Shown in pieces: positions 49,475 through 59,233 of a stretch of DNA of 64,000 nucleotides (position 1 is the stretch's first letter; each line of letters starts with the position of its first letter). The notes beneath the pieces were generated by a model. The model had not been told where the DNA came from and ran no database searches. It was given only the letters and a program-made list of their open reading frames with translations. The stretch is taken from assembly GCA_041677245.1 (NCBI GenBank), contig JBAYQJ010000007.1:50861-114860 (forward strand). The letters are read 5' to 3'. Made by a program: the position numbers and the translations under genes. The stretch comes from Spongiibacteraceae bacterium (GTDB lineage: Bacteria; Pseudomonadota; Gammaproteobacteria; Pseudomonadales; Dasaniaceae).

Positions 49475-49595
49475 AGCGGTATCCTCGAGGTTATACGCAC
49501 TAAATTAAAATAAAAAAGTTATGGTTGTTTTACTATGGGAGAGTTTAGCTGGTTAATATTGAGCTCCGAAATAACACCCAAAACAGAAACAAGAC

Positions 49596-49626
49596 CCAAA
49601 ACGGAAAAAGGCAGCTGGAGCTGCCT
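49596..49626 (-). terminator. rho-independent terminator on the minus strand, upstream of the argD promoter region
   Basis: The minus strand reads GGCAGCTCCAGCTGCC TTTTTCCGTTTT. Confidence 0.6.
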
Positions 49627-49900
49627 AATTAAGAGCCAATACTATAGGGCTAATCGCAATTTGGCAATTATTCACAGCTAAAATATCATCGAAAATGACA
49701 GCGCGGGTGATAAGTGGGTTAAGCTTTGAATGCCGTGGCGCTGAGTATCTTCAGTTGGATGGGGAGCGGAGAGGGATCGCCTGGTTGCTGCGGTCCTTGG
49801 AGGGGGTAGATGGGGAGGTGTTTGGGCTGTAGAATAGTATTCTTGACTGATTCGGTCGGGAATTATTTTTAATATCAAGGTAGAATAAGCCCGCGATATT
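49596..49900 (-). ncRNA. candidate small RNA (5' end undefined) ending at the 49596-49626 terminator
   Basis: A terminator with no protein-like ORF upstream on that strand. The minus-strand sequence has C/U-rich tracts (CACCUCCCCAUCUACCCCCUCCAAGGACC). No promoter was identified. Confidence 0.3.
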
Positions 49901-49903
49901 CTC

Positions 49904-49912
49904 TGGTATAAT
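49904..49912 (+). promoter_or_regulatory. extended -10 element TGgTATAAT, candidate grxD promoter
   Basis: Read directly. About 140 nt upstream of the grxD ATG, with a weak -35. Confidence 0.35.
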
Positions 49913-50051
49913 TTCGCAGCTCACAGCCGAGCTTGGCAATAGGTCGATGTGAGTTGCTGGTGGATGTATCCATACACCCGATACGGCTCATGATTACCAC
50001 TAATTGTTACATCATTACTGATACAACGGTTTTTAATTGAAGGTAGATACA

Positions 50052-50384
50052 ATGGACATAATGGAAACAATCAAAGAACAAGTTGAGAGTAACCCGATTC
50101 TTCTTTATATGAAGGGTTCTCCTAACCAGCCTCAGTGTGGTTTTTCTGCTCGCACTGTGCAGTCGCTGATGTCTTGTGGTGAGCGTTTTGCGTTTGTCGA
50201 TATTTTATCGAACCCTGAGATCCGGGCAAACTTGCCCAAGTATGCTAACTGGCCAACATTCCCGCAGTTGTGGGTGAATGGTGAGCTAGTGGGTGGTTGC
50301 GATATTATTTGTGAAATGTTTGAAAAAGGTGAGCTGCAAACGCTGGTCAAAGATGCGGCTAAAACTGCGGCTGAAAGTAAGTAA
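50052..50384 (+). CDS. grxD: monothiol glutaredoxin (Grx4 family)
   Basis: ILLYMKGSPNQPQCGFS (CGFS active site) and WPTFPQLWVNGELVGGCDI. I use ATG 50052. Confidence 0.9.
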   Translation: MDIMETIKEQVESNPILLYMKGSPNQPQCGFSARTVQSLMSCGERFAFVDILSNPEIRANLPKYANWPTFPQLWVNGELVGGCDIICEMFEKGELQTLVKDAAKTAAESK

Positions 50385-50411
50385 GGCATTAGCTGCGCTT
50401 GAGTAATAGGT

Positions 50412-50445
50412 AAGAGGCGGTTTTGAATTCGCCTCTTGGTTTTTT
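50412..50445. terminator. terminator between the convergent grxD and bfr genes
   Basis: AAGAGGCG gttttgaatt CGCCTCTT gg TTTTTT. Confidence 0.7.
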
Positions 50446-50477
50446 GTTATCTACGAGGGCAGCTGGGTTTATTGGTG

Positions 50478-50957
50478 TTATGAGGCTACGGCGCCAATCA
50501 TGCTTTGCTGATAGTTTTGTAGTCCTACTTTATCGATCAGGCTCAGCTGGGTTTCCAGCCAGTCGATATGCTCTTCTTCCGACTCCATAATATGCTTGAA
50601 CAAGTCGCGGCTGACATAGTCGCCAATTGATTCGCAGTAGTGGATGGACTCTTTTAAATCTTTATGCCCTTTGATCTCTATATTGAGGTCGCACTGCAGC
50701 ATTTCCTGGGTGTTCTCGCCAATTTGTAGTTTGCCCAAGTCTTGTAGGTTGGGAAGACCTTCTAAAAATAAAATACGCTCGATTAAAAGGTCAGCGTGTT
50801 TCATCTCGTCAATGGATTCGTGGTATTCGTAGTCGGCCAGAATTTTAAGGCCCCAGTCTTTATACATGCGGGAGTGAAGGAAGTACTGGTTGATAGCAAC
50901 TAGCTCGTTACCGAGTACGGTGTTGAGGTATGCAATTACTTTGGTGTCACCTTTCAT
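50478..50957 (-). CDS. bfr: bacterioferritin
   Basis: [37 protein letters not shown] and [10 protein letters not shown] (heme Met and ferroxidase ligands). Confidence 0.95.
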   Translation of the reverse strand: MKGDTKVIAYLNTVLGNELVAINQYFLHSRMYKDWGLKILADYEYHESIDEMKHADLLIERILFLEGLPNLQDLGKLQIGENTQEMLQCDLNIEIKGHKDLKESIHYCESIGDYVSRDLFKHIMESEEEHIDWLETQLSLIDKVGLQNYQQSMIGAVAS

Positions 50958-51108
50958 GGCTAGAGTCTCTATTTGCTAGTGGGTTTTATGAGCAATTCCC
51001 GGCGATTCTGAGCCACAAATAGGGTTGTGTCAAATATAACTTATTGATTTACAAAGAAAATAATAGTAATGGAAATTGTTATCATTTATTTTTGTGCTTC
51101 GTGCTAAC

Positions 51109-51312
51109 TTACCCGGCAGCATAAAATAGCTGGGTTTCATCAACATCTCTATTGATGCTTTCATTAAATACTTCGCGGGCGAGGATGCCACATTTGCCAC
51201 ATTGAGAGGCCAGGCCCAAGTCTTTACAGACTTGCCCAAAACGTGTTGTGCCGTTGGCAACCGCTTCGCGAATATGGCTATCAGTAACAGCTTTGCAGAG
51301 GCATACATACAT
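51109..51312 (-). CDS. bfd: bacterioferritin-associated ferredoxin, BFD-like [2Fe-2S]
   Basis: MYVCLCKAVTD...CGKCG four-Cys pattern in 67 aa, adjacent to bfr. Confidence 0.9.
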   Translation of the reverse strand: MYVCLCKAVTDSHIREAVANGTTRFGQVCKDLGLASQCGKCGILAREVFNESINRDVDETQLFYAAG

Positions 51313-51360
51313 GGCGCTTACGCTCCGTAAAAATTAGACTGTGGTTAAGTTAATCTAAGT

Positions 51361-51379
51361 GATAATGATTGTCAATAAG
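51361..51379. promoter_or_regulatory. Fur box upstream of bfd
   Basis: GATAATGATTGTCAATAAG matches 14 of 19 positions of GATAATGATAATCATTATC. Lies 50-65 bp upstream of the bfd ATG. Confidence 0.55.
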
Positions 51380-51623
51380 GTTGGGTTTTATTTTGGCTGC
51401 TTATTGCGCAATCCCAGAGGTCTCTAGAGTCTATATGTGGCGAGCATAACCAAAGGTGTGGCACGGACCCGAATATTTTGAAAAATACTTGGGAATATAG
51501 AGTGTGGATGTGTAGTATGCTTGCCGTGTTTAGGTGGATTTAAGGCTGGTTTTGCTGGTGTTAATCTACCGAAATCAACGTAACAATGACTTTTAATTCT
51601 TCAATTGTGGAGGCTCGATCGCA

Positions 51624-52226
51624 ATGAGTGTACTTGTTGGCAAACCCGCCCCGGACTTTACTTGTAATGCCGTATTGGGTAGTGGCGAAATCGTGGACAA
51701 CTTTAACTTGGCAGAAGCCATTAAAGGCAAAATCGGTCTGGTCTTTTTCTATCCGCTGGATTTTACTTTTGTTTGTCCTTCTGAGCTGTTGGCGGTTGAT
51801 CACCGCATGGAAAAATTCAAAGAGCTGGGCGTTGAAGTAATTGGCGTGTCTATTGATTCGCACTTTACTCATAACGCTTGGCGTAATACGCCCGTTAATA
51901 ATGGTGGTATTGGTCAGGTTGGATATACATTGGCTGCTGATATCAACCACAGTATTTGTCGTGACTACGATGTGGAATCTGCCGGTGGTGTGGCGTTCCG
52001 TGGTGCTTTTATCATTGATGATAAGGGTATTGTGCGTTCGCAAACGGTAAATGATTTACCTCTGGGACGTAACTTTGATGAATTTATTCGTGTTATCGAG
52101 GCGCTTCAATTCCATGAAGAGCACGGTGAAGTTTGTCCTGCTGGTTGGAAAAAAGGTGATCAAGGCATGAAAGATTCTCCTGAGGGTGTTGCGGCATACC
52201 TTACTGAGCACGCTGATAAGCTGTAA
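51624..52226 (+). CDS. typical 2-Cys peroxiredoxin (AhpC/Prx1 subfamily)
   Basis: FFYPLDFTFVCPSE peroxidatic Cys and EHGEVCPAGW resolving Cys. Confidence 0.9.
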   Translation: MSVLVGKPAPDFTCNAVLGSGEIVDNFNLAEAIKGKIGLVFFYPLDFTFVCPSELLAVDHRMEKFKELGVEVIGVSIDSHFTHNAWRNTPVNNGGIGQVGYTLAADINHSICRDYDVESAGGVAFRGAFIIDDKGIVRSQTVNDLPLGRNFDEFIRVIEALQFHEEHGEVCPAGWKKGDQGMKDSPEGVAAYLTEHADKL

Positions 52227-52249
52227 GTCAGCGCTTTTATGTTATAAAA

Positions 52250-52285
52250 CCCCATCGTTACTCAAGTAGCGGTGGGGTTTTTTTT
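52250..52285 (+). terminator. rho-independent terminator after the peroxiredoxin gene
   Basis: CCCCATCG ... CGGTGGGG followed by TTTTTTTT. Confidence 0.75.
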
Positions 52286-52386
52286 GGCTGCTATTTATAA
52301 GTTGGGGGCTTACTGTCGCAGCTTGTGAATTAAATATAATTGTCTATGTTCCATGAGCTTGGTAGGCGTTATGGATGAAGACCCAT

Positions 52387-55300
52387 TTACAACTCACCGT
52401 TAGTGTTCGGCCTTGTTTGGTTGGTTGGTTTTAGCCGGATCAAGGATAGTCTGCGGCAGAGTACATAAAATACAGGGGTAAAAATAAGCCCAAATAAAGT
52501 CACCCCTATCATGCCTGAGAATACTGCTACCCCCAGCGCCTGGCGCAGTTCAGCGCCAGCCCCTTCGGCGAATACTAATGGCAGTACGCCGAGGATGAAG
52601 GCGAAAGAGGTCATCAAAATGGGCCTTAATCGTAAACGTGCCGCCTCAACAGCCGCTTGCCATGGGTCGCGTCCTTGTAGTTCTAAATCGCGGGCGAATT
52701 CGACGATCAATATGGCATTTTTTGATGCCAGGCCAATGAGTACGATAAAGCCTATTTGCGTGAGAATGTTGTTATCCATACCCACTAGCGCAACGCCGCT
52801 GATGGCGGATAGCAAACACATTGGTACGATTAAAATGATGGATAAGGGTAAGGTCCAGCTCTCGTATTGTGCCGCTAACAGCAGGAATACAAATATCACC
52901 GCCAAGCCAAATGCAATCATCGCTGTGTCGCCGGTCGCTCTTTGTTGGTAAGCGAGTTCGGTCCATTCGTAGCTGATACCATCGGGTAAAATCTGGTCCG
53001 CTAGTTGTTCCATGACATCTAGTGCCTGATCCGAGCTGTAACCGGGAGCATAGTCACCCAATAATGCCGCGGCAGGGTATAAGTTGTAGCGTGGAATACG
53101 TGAAGGACCTGCGGTATTGTGGATGGTTGCGACCGAGCCTAATGGCACCATTTTACCATTCTCGCTGCGCACTCTAATGCGTAAAGCGTCGTCAGGGGCA
53201 AGGCGGTAGGGCGCATCTGCCTGTGCGGTGACTCGATAGGTTCGGCCCAGATAATTAAAGTCATTGACGAAGGCAGAGCCAATGTAGATTTCCAGTGCTT
53301 CAAACAAACGAGACACGGGGACACCTAGGCGCTCGGCTTTTTCGCGGTCGATGTCGAGGAAAACCTGCGGTGTATTGGTCTCGAAAAAGGTCCTGGCGCG
53401 GGTTATGGCTGGATAATCTGGGCTGTTGGCGGCGTCAACTAAATCATGGGTAGCTTGTTCAAGCACCTTTGAGCCGCGACCGCCGCGATCTTGGATCATC
53501 ATTCGAAACCCGCCGGCCGAGCCAATGCCGCGCACTGGGGGAGGCGTTAGCACGGTTACCTTGGCGCCTTTAACTGAGGCCATTTCACGGCGTATGTCGT
53601 TGAGTATTGCCTCAAAAGTTAGGCCTCTTGCAAGGCGGTTTTCAAAACTATCGAGCACGGGGAAGATGGCTCCAGCGTTAGAGGCGTTGGAGCGAGTTGC
53701 GCCAGAGAAGCCGGAAAATCCCGCGGCATTAACGACCCCGTCGATACTTAGCAGTTTAGGCAGAATCTCTTCGAGCACTTTATCTGTTTCGGTAATCGCT
53801 GCGCCAGAGGGTAGTTCAACGGCAACGACAAAATAACCTTGATCCTGTGCTGGGATAAAGCCGGTGGGGACGCGGATAAATTGCCAGGCAGCCAGCCCTA
53901 TTAAACCAGCATAGACCAAGAGCATAAGGGTGCCTTTGCGCACCATTTTTGCGGACAATTTACCGTAATTTTCGGATAGCCAGTCCATACCGATATTAAA
54001 TCGATTGAAGCCATGTTTGATCGGTGAGCGATACCAGTGTTCAGTGGTATGTGTGTCGCTTGGGGTGTGGGGCTTCATTAAAATTGCCGCCAGTGCAGGG
54101 GAGAGCGTCAGTGAAACAAGCACTGAGATCATGGTTGCCACCGCAATGGTTACCCCAAAGGCTTGGTAAAACTTTCCGGAAATACCGTCTAAAAACATTG
54201 TGGGGAGGAAAACTGCTACCAACACCAGCCCCATGGCGATTAATGCTGTACCGACTTCATCCATGGTTTTACGGGCGGCATCTCGCGGCGACATACCTGC
54301 GCGGAGGTTGCGCTCCATATTTTCCACCACCACGATGGCGTCATCAACCACAATGCCGATAGCCAATACAAGGCCAAATAAAGTGAGATTGTTCAGGGAG
54401 TAACCCAGCGCGGCCATAACGGCAAAAGTACCAATCATCGACACTGGAATAGCGATTATTGGAATAATCGCTGCCCGCCAGGTTTGCAGGAATAAGATGA
54501 TCACAATAACCACCAGGACGATGGCCTCATATACTGTGTGCTTAACGGCCGTTACTGATTGCTCGATAAATTGTGTGGGGTTATAGGCGATGTCGTAGGT
54601 GAGTCCGGGAGGAAAGTCTGTTGAGATGTCCTTCATGGCGTCGATGACGGCTTGCGCTGTGACCAAGGCATTGGAGCCTGGTTGTTGGTAGACAGGTAGA
54701 GCCACTGCTGGATTTTCGCCGAGATAACCTTTGCTGACATAATTCTGTGCTCCGAGTTCGATACGGGCCACATCACGCAGGCGTACGATGCGGCCGTTGT
54801 CGCCGGCTTTTACTACGATATTGCCAAATTCTTCAGGAGCTTGTAGTCGACCCTGCGTTTGAATGGTGTACTCGAAAAAGTTTTGTTGTGGTTGTGGAGA
54901 CTGATTGAGTGTGCCGCCAGCAACCTGAACATTCTGCGCTCGCAGCGAGGTGAGGACATCTCCTGCAGTTAAATCGAGGGTTTGTAATAAGTCGGGGTTG
55001 AGCCAAATGCGCATGGCATATTCGGATGCGCCGAATATGCGCGTGTCGCCGATACCCTCAATCCGTCGAATGCGATCGCGAATATTCAGTACTGCATAGT
55101 TGCCGATATAGGTTTGGTCATAGGTGCCGTCGGGTGAAAATAAGCTGATCACCAGCATCAAATCTGGTGTGCTCTTTCTGGTGTTGATGCCTAGGCGGCG
55201 TACTTCCTCTGGCAGTCGAGGTTCGGCTGTTGCGACACGGTTTTGCACTAACACTTGCGCTGCATCTAGATCGGTACCTAGTTCGAAGGTGATAGTCAGC

Positions 55301-55572
55301 GTCATGTTTCCATCGGAAGTGGCTTGAGAGAATATATACAGCATCCCCTCTACGCCATTCATCTCTTGCTCCAGTGGTGTGGCGACGGTGGCGGCAACGG
55401 TTTCTGCGGTTGCGCCGGGGTAGGTGGCTGAGACTTGGATGGTGGGCGGCGCCAGCTGCGGATACTGCTCAACGGGTAAGCTAAAATACGCAAGGGCGCC
55501 AACCATCGTGATAAGAATAGAAATCACCGAGGCGAAGATCGGTCGGTCAATAAAAAATTTAGCGAAATTCAT
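52387..55572 (-). CDS. RND efflux transporter permease (HAE1 type)
   Basis: MNFAKFFIDRPIFASVISILI start, 12-TM/2-loop architecture, and VVDDAIVVVENMERN. I use ATG 55572. Confidence 0.9.
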   Translation of the reverse strand: MNFAKFFIDRPIFASVISILITMVGALAYFSLPVEQYPQLAPPTIQVSATYPGATAETVAATVATPLEQEMNGVEGMLYIFSQATSDGNMTLTITFELGTDLDAAQVLVQNRVATAEPRLPEEVRRLGINTRKSTPDLMLVISLFSPDGTYDQTYIGNYAVLNIRDRIRRIEGIGDTRIFGASEYAMRIWLNPDLLQTLDLTAGDVLTSLRAQNVQVAGGTLNQSPQPQQNFFEYTIQTQGRLQAPEEFGNIVVKAGDNGRIVRLRDVARIELGAQNYVSKGYLGENPAVALPVYQQPGSNALVTAQAVIDAMKDISTDFPPGLTYDIAYNPTQFIEQSVTAVKHTVYEAIVLVVIVIILFLQTWRAAIIPIIAIPVSMIGTFAVMAALGYSLNNLTLFGLVLAIGIVVDDAIVVVENMERNLRAGMSPRDAARKTMDEVGTALIAMGLVLVAVFLPTMFLDGISGKFYQAFGVTIAVATMISVLVSLTLSPALAAILMKPHTPSDTHTTEHWYRSPIKHGFNRFNIGMDWLSENYGKLSAKMVRKGTLMLLVYAGLIGLAAWQFIRVPTGFIPAQDQGYFVVAVELPSGAAITETDKVLEEILPKLLSIDGVVNAAGFSGFSGATRSNASNAGAIFPVLDSFENRLARGLTFEAILNDIRREMASVKGAKVTVLTPPPVRGIGSAGGFRMMIQDRGGRGSKVLEQATHDLVDAANSPDYPAITRARTFFETNTPQVFLDIDREKAERLGVPVSRLFEALEIYIGSAFVNDFNYLGRTYRVTAQADAPYRLAPDDALRIRVRSENGKMVPLGSVATIHNTAGPSRIPRYNLYPAAALLGDYAPGYSSDQALDVMEQLADQILPDGISYEWTELAYQQRATGDTAMIAFGLAVIFVFLLLAAQYESWTLPLSIILIVPMCLLSAISGVALVGMDNNILTQIGFIVLIGLASKNAILIVEFARDLELQGRDPWQAAVEAARLRLRPILMTSFAFILGVLPLVFAEGAGAELRQALGVAVFSGMIGVTLFGLIFTPVFYVLCRRLSLIRLKPTNQTRPNTNGEL

Positions 55573-55582
55573 AGTGTTGCCC

Positions 55583-56776
55583 TTATTCCGAAGCGTTGGT
55601 TGAGGCTTCGGTATTAGCCTTGGCGGCAATGGCGGCCAAGCTTGGGACCGTGCTGATATCGGGTGCGTCGTTGAGTTCTACCCACTGCAAGGGTGTTTCC
55701 AGCGGTGTTACTAGCTGGTTTGGTTTGCGAATGCGCTGAATGCTGTTAACGACGACTCGCTCGTCACCGTTGAGCCCTTCTTTGATCACGATAAAGCCGT
55801 TATTCAGTGTAAGTCCCGGCGTGATGTAGTTGCGCTTGGTTTTATTGTCAGGCCCGATGACATAGACGTATTTTCGGTTTTGATCGGTGTTGATGGACCT
55901 TTCCGGTAGCAAGGTTGCCTCATAGGCGGAGCGGCCAATTAAGCGCGCACGGCCAAAAAAACCTGGGTAAATAATACCGTCATTATTTTCTACTAATGCT
56001 CTGGCGGTAATTGTGCTGGTGCCTGGATCGACAATGTTATCGAGAAAGTCCACTCTTCCTTTATGGATATAAGTATCCTCATCGAGTAGCTTAATTACGA
56101 TGGGGTTGGGGTTGGTGTCACTGCTGGGCCGTTCGCCGGAGCGATCCATGCGTAAGTATTTAAGCAGCTCTCCTTGCGAGCCATCAAACACGAAGTGGAT
56201 CGGATTAACGGTAACAATGCGGGTCAGGATAGTATCGTTGGCGCTAACAAGATTACCGGTGTCGACAAAGCTGCGGCTGATTTTGCCATCGTTAGCTGCT
56301 TTGACTTGAGTAAATTCCAAATTAAGTTTGGCTTCATTCAGTACTACCTCGGCGACTTTGAGTTCCTGCCAGCGTTGCTCGAACAGTTCTTGGGATATCG
56401 ATTGTGATTGGCGTAAATCTTCGGCGCGCTGATAGGTTTTTTGTGCGAGTGAATATTGTGCCTCGGCGCGCTCTACTTCATATTTAAAGAGGCGCTGGTC
56501 GATGATGAATAAAATATCACCGCGTTTGACGAACTGGCCATCTTTAAAGCGTTTCTCTACCAGGTAACCAGTGATTCGGGCGCGTACATCAACTCGTGCT
56601 AGCGCCTCAAACTGCCCAGTAAACTCATCCCACTCGGTGAGGGTTTGCTTTAACGGCAGGGCTACATCTACTTCCACGGGAGGAGGTGCTGTTGCGGCAC
56701 TTTGCTGTTTTTCTTCCCCACAAGCCGCCAGAGTTAGGGCCAATAGAATGGTGAGTATTAAGGGTAATCCCTGCAT
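55583..56776 (-). CDS. RND efflux periplasmic adaptor (MFP) lipoprotein
   Basis: Lipobox LTLAACG, with coiled-coil hairpin and barrel-sandwich blocks (VRARITGYLVEKRFKDGQFVKRGDILFIID). The stop lies 10 nt before the permease ATG. Confidence 0.9.
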   Translation of the reverse strand: MQGLPLILTILLALTLAACGEEKQQSAATAPPPVEVDVALPLKQTLTEWDEFTGQFEALARVDVRARITGYLVEKRFKDGQFVKRGDILFIIDQRLFKYEVERAEAQYSLAQKTYQRAEDLRQSQSISQELFEQRWQELKVAEVVLNEAKLNLEFTQVKAANDGKISRSFVDTGNLVSANDTILTRIVTVNPIHFVFDGSQGELLKYLRMDRSGERPSSDTNPNPIVIKLLDEDTYIHKGRVDFLDNIVDPGTSTITARALVENNDGIIYPGFFGRARLIGRSAYEATLLPERSINTDQNRKYVYVIGPDNKTKRNYITPGLTLNNGFIVIKEGLNGDERVVVNSIQRIRKPNQLVTPLETPLQWVELNDAPDISTVPSLAAIAAKANTEASTNASE

Positions 56777-57170
56777 GATGGTTCTCTCATTACGGCTGCT
56801 TACGGAATAACAGGCACTGCGGATAAGTCACGGTCAGTGGCCTGAGTGTGGTGCTGAAGGTATCGAGGGTGTTAGTTATCGCACGGTGGCTGGGCTTGCT
56901 TGGAACCCAATTTCTGTTTGTTTGTCTGAGCCAATAATGAGTTGGCAGGGGAGCAAATGTGCAATAGAGAAAGGTAGCAGCATCTTGGGTTAACGTCTAT
57001 ACCGTTATAGCTATAGATTTATGAATTTATGTTATGGAGGGGCAGAATTATATTATCACCGCTCAATTATCTGTCGCGGCTATCCTGTGCTTGTATTTGT
57101 TGCCGTCTTCTTGCAGTCTTTGTTATTTTTATTTATCGAGATATTTCTTAATTATTATTCAGGTGAGCTT

Positions 57171-58037
57171 ATGAACCGAGGCCCGACGTCCAATAGTTAT
57201 ATGTCGCAGCGTTTACAGTTGCATTATGTCGACTGGGGCAATGAAGATGCACCGCCGTTGTTGTTAGTGCACGGTGGGCGCGACCACTGTCGCAACTGGG
57301 ATTGGGTTGCGGAGCAGCTTAGCGAGGACTGGCATGTAATCTGTCCGGACTTACGTGGTCATGGTGATAGCGCTTGGTCTCCTGAGGGCAATTACAGTAT
57401 CTCCTCCTATGTCTACGATTTGGCGCAATTGATCTACCAGAAGAAACTGTCACCAGTAACCATTATTGCGCACTCGATGGGTGGATTTATCAGCTTAAAC
57501 TACGCGGCCTGTTTTCCTGATACGGTACGGAAATTGGCTGTCATCGAGGGTGTAGGAGCGCCGCGGGAGTGGATTGATGAGGAAGCCGTCAAACCGTTTG
57601 ATCAGCGTGTTCGTGAGTGGGTTGATGTCAAACGCCATTCGGCGGGACGCTTCCATAAACGTTATCCATCGTTGGAAGATGCCTATCAGCGCATGAAAGA
57701 GGAGAATGGTTATCTTTCGGATGCGCAAGCTCACCACCTTACTCGTCATGGCATTAGTCAAAATGAAGATGGTAGTTATAGCTGGAAGTTTGATAACTAC
57801 ATGCGTTTTGCCCCGCCAGGGGATATGTCTATCGACAACTCTTATAAATTATGGAACAACATCAGCTGCCCGGTCAGGCTATTGTGGGGGGCAGATAGCT
57901 GGGCGCCAAATCCGGAAACTGACGGGCTGATGCAACACTTTAACAATGCAGAGCTTTCAGTTTATCAAAATGCAGGCCATTGGTTGCATCACGATCAAAC
58001 CGAACAGTTTGTGGCAGAGATGAAAGCTTATTTATAG
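57171..58037 (+). CDS. alpha/beta-fold hydrolase
   Basis: LLLVHGGRDHCRNWDW, nucleophile elbow AHSMGG, and C-terminal NAGHWLHHDQ. I use ATG 57171 with AGGTGAG upstream. Confidence 0.8.
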   Translation: MNRGPTSNSYMSQRLQLHYVDWGNEDAPPLLLVHGGRDHCRNWDWVAEQLSEDWHVICPDLRGHGDSAWSPEGNYSISSYVYDLAQLIYQKKLSPVTIIAHSMGGFISLNYAACFPDTVRKLAVIEGVGAPREWIDEEAVKPFDQRVREWVDVKRHSAGRFHKRYPSLEDAYQRMKEENGYLSDAQAHHLTRHGISQNEDGSYSWKFDNYMRFAPPGDMSIDNSYKLWNNISCPVRLLWGADSWAPNPETDGLMQHFNNAELSVYQNAGHWLHHDQTEQFVAEMKAYL

Positions 58038-58089
58038 GCAGGTTTGAATATACTAAATAAACCTTGATTGGCAATGACGAGGGTAAGCA

Positions 58090-59103
58090 ATGAATAAAAA
58101 AAGACTGGGTCGTAGCGGGATAGTTGTATCGGATATTTGCATGGGTACGATGACCTTTGGCAGTCAGGCGGATGAAAAAATGTCATTCGAAATTCTTGAT
58201 CGAGCCTACGATGCCGGCATTGATTTTTTTGATACGGCAGAGATTTATCCGGTTCCCCCTGATATAAAATGGGCGGGGCGTACTGAAGAGATTGTTGGGC
58301 GATGGCTGAAAACAAAAAACCGCGATTCGATTATTCTTGCTACTAAGGTTGCTGGTCCCAGCCATGCTTGGTTTGAAGCGCCACTGAGAGGTGGAAAAAC
58401 AGCGCTTGATCGACATCATATTATGCGTGCTGTTGAGGGTAGTTTGCGACGCTTGCAAACGGATTATATCGACTTGTATCAAACGCACTGGCCCGATGCG
58501 GACACTAACTACGAAGAAGTATTGCGTGTGCTTGATGATCTGGTTCGCGATGGCAAGGTTCGTGTTGTCGGCTGTTCTAACGAAACAGCTTGGGGTTTAA
58601 CCAAGAGTCAATGGAAGTCGGAAATGCATGGGTTGATACGCTATGAAACCATCCAGAACAACTTCAGTCTTAATAATCGTCGCTTTGAGGATGAGTTAGC
58701 TCGTGTTTGTCGCCAGGAGCAGGTTAGTTTGATTCCTTTTTCACCGCTGGCCGGTGGGGTGCTCAGCGGCAAGTACAATAACGGTTTTCCGAAAAATGCG
58801 CGCTTCTCTTCGTATCATCAATCCGCTAATCGCCAGCAGGCCATGGCAGATCGCTTTGTGAATGAAAATAGTCTTGAGTCCGCCCGCCGGTTTATGAGTA
58901 TCGCCGAGACTATTGGCCTCAGCCCCGTTACTCTGGCTACTGCCTGGAGCAAGCAGCATGATTTTGTTGCTTCGACCATTGTTGGTGCTACGCATGTTGA
59001 TCAACTGGATGACATTTTAGCTGCCGCTGATGTGGTGTTGAGTGTAGAAACGCTGGCGGCGATTGATAAGGTGAGTAAAGAAATTCAATATCCAATGGGG
59101 TGA
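58090..59103 (+). CDS. NADP(H)-dependent aldo-keto reductase (Tas-like)
   Basis: CMGTMTFG, FFDTAEIYPVPP, LQTDYIDLYQTHWPD and VGCSNETAWG are collinear with E. coli Tas. Confidence 0.9.
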   Translation: MNKKRLGRSGIVVSDICMGTMTFGSQADEKMSFEILDRAYDAGIDFFDTAEIYPVPPDIKWAGRTEEIVGRWLKTKNRDSIILATKVAGPSHAWFEAPLRGGKTALDRHHIMRAVEGSLRRLQTDYIDLYQTHWPDADTNYEEVLRVLDDLVRDGKVRVVGCSNETAWGLTKSQWKSEMHGLIRYETIQNNFSLNNRRFEDELARVCRQEQVSLIPFSPLAGGVLSGKYNNGFPKNARFSSYHQSANRQQAMADRFVNENSLESARRFMSIAETIGLSPVTLATAWSKQHDFVASTIVGATHVDQLDDILAAADVVLSVETLAAIDKVSKEIQYPMG

Positions 59104-59233
59104 TTTTTGCAGGCAAAACCAGCATAACAATTGTAATTAAAAACCTTTAATATAAGGTGCTGCCTAAAGAAACTGATTGGTTATTTAGTGCTAGTTATTT
59201 AGTAGTTAATCATTTGAAAATAAGGAGAAAGGT

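Noticed and set aside
49751-49820. GGA-rich plus-strand stretch (six GGA motifs in about 70 nt), considered as a CsrB/RsmZ-like CsrA sponge
   Set aside because: The GGA motifs do not sit in obvious hairpin loops. No plus-strand terminator follows, while a strong terminator exists for the opposite strand. The idea is kept only as an alternative to test by strand-specific RNA-seq.
49678-49939. 66- and 62-aa minus-strand ORFs in the argD-grxD spacer
   Set aside because: The translations are Pro/Thr/Ser/Arg-rich and low in complexity, with no RBS seen. I treat the region as a possible non-coding RNA.
51561-52043. 160-aa ORF antisense to the peroxiredoxin gene
   Set aside because: It is a shadow ORF, and the plus-strand gene carries both peroxiredoxin Cys motifs.
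52511-55327. Several 64-146-aa plus-strand ORFs inside the RND permease gene
   Set aside because: They are antisense to a 1061-aa family-typical transporter.
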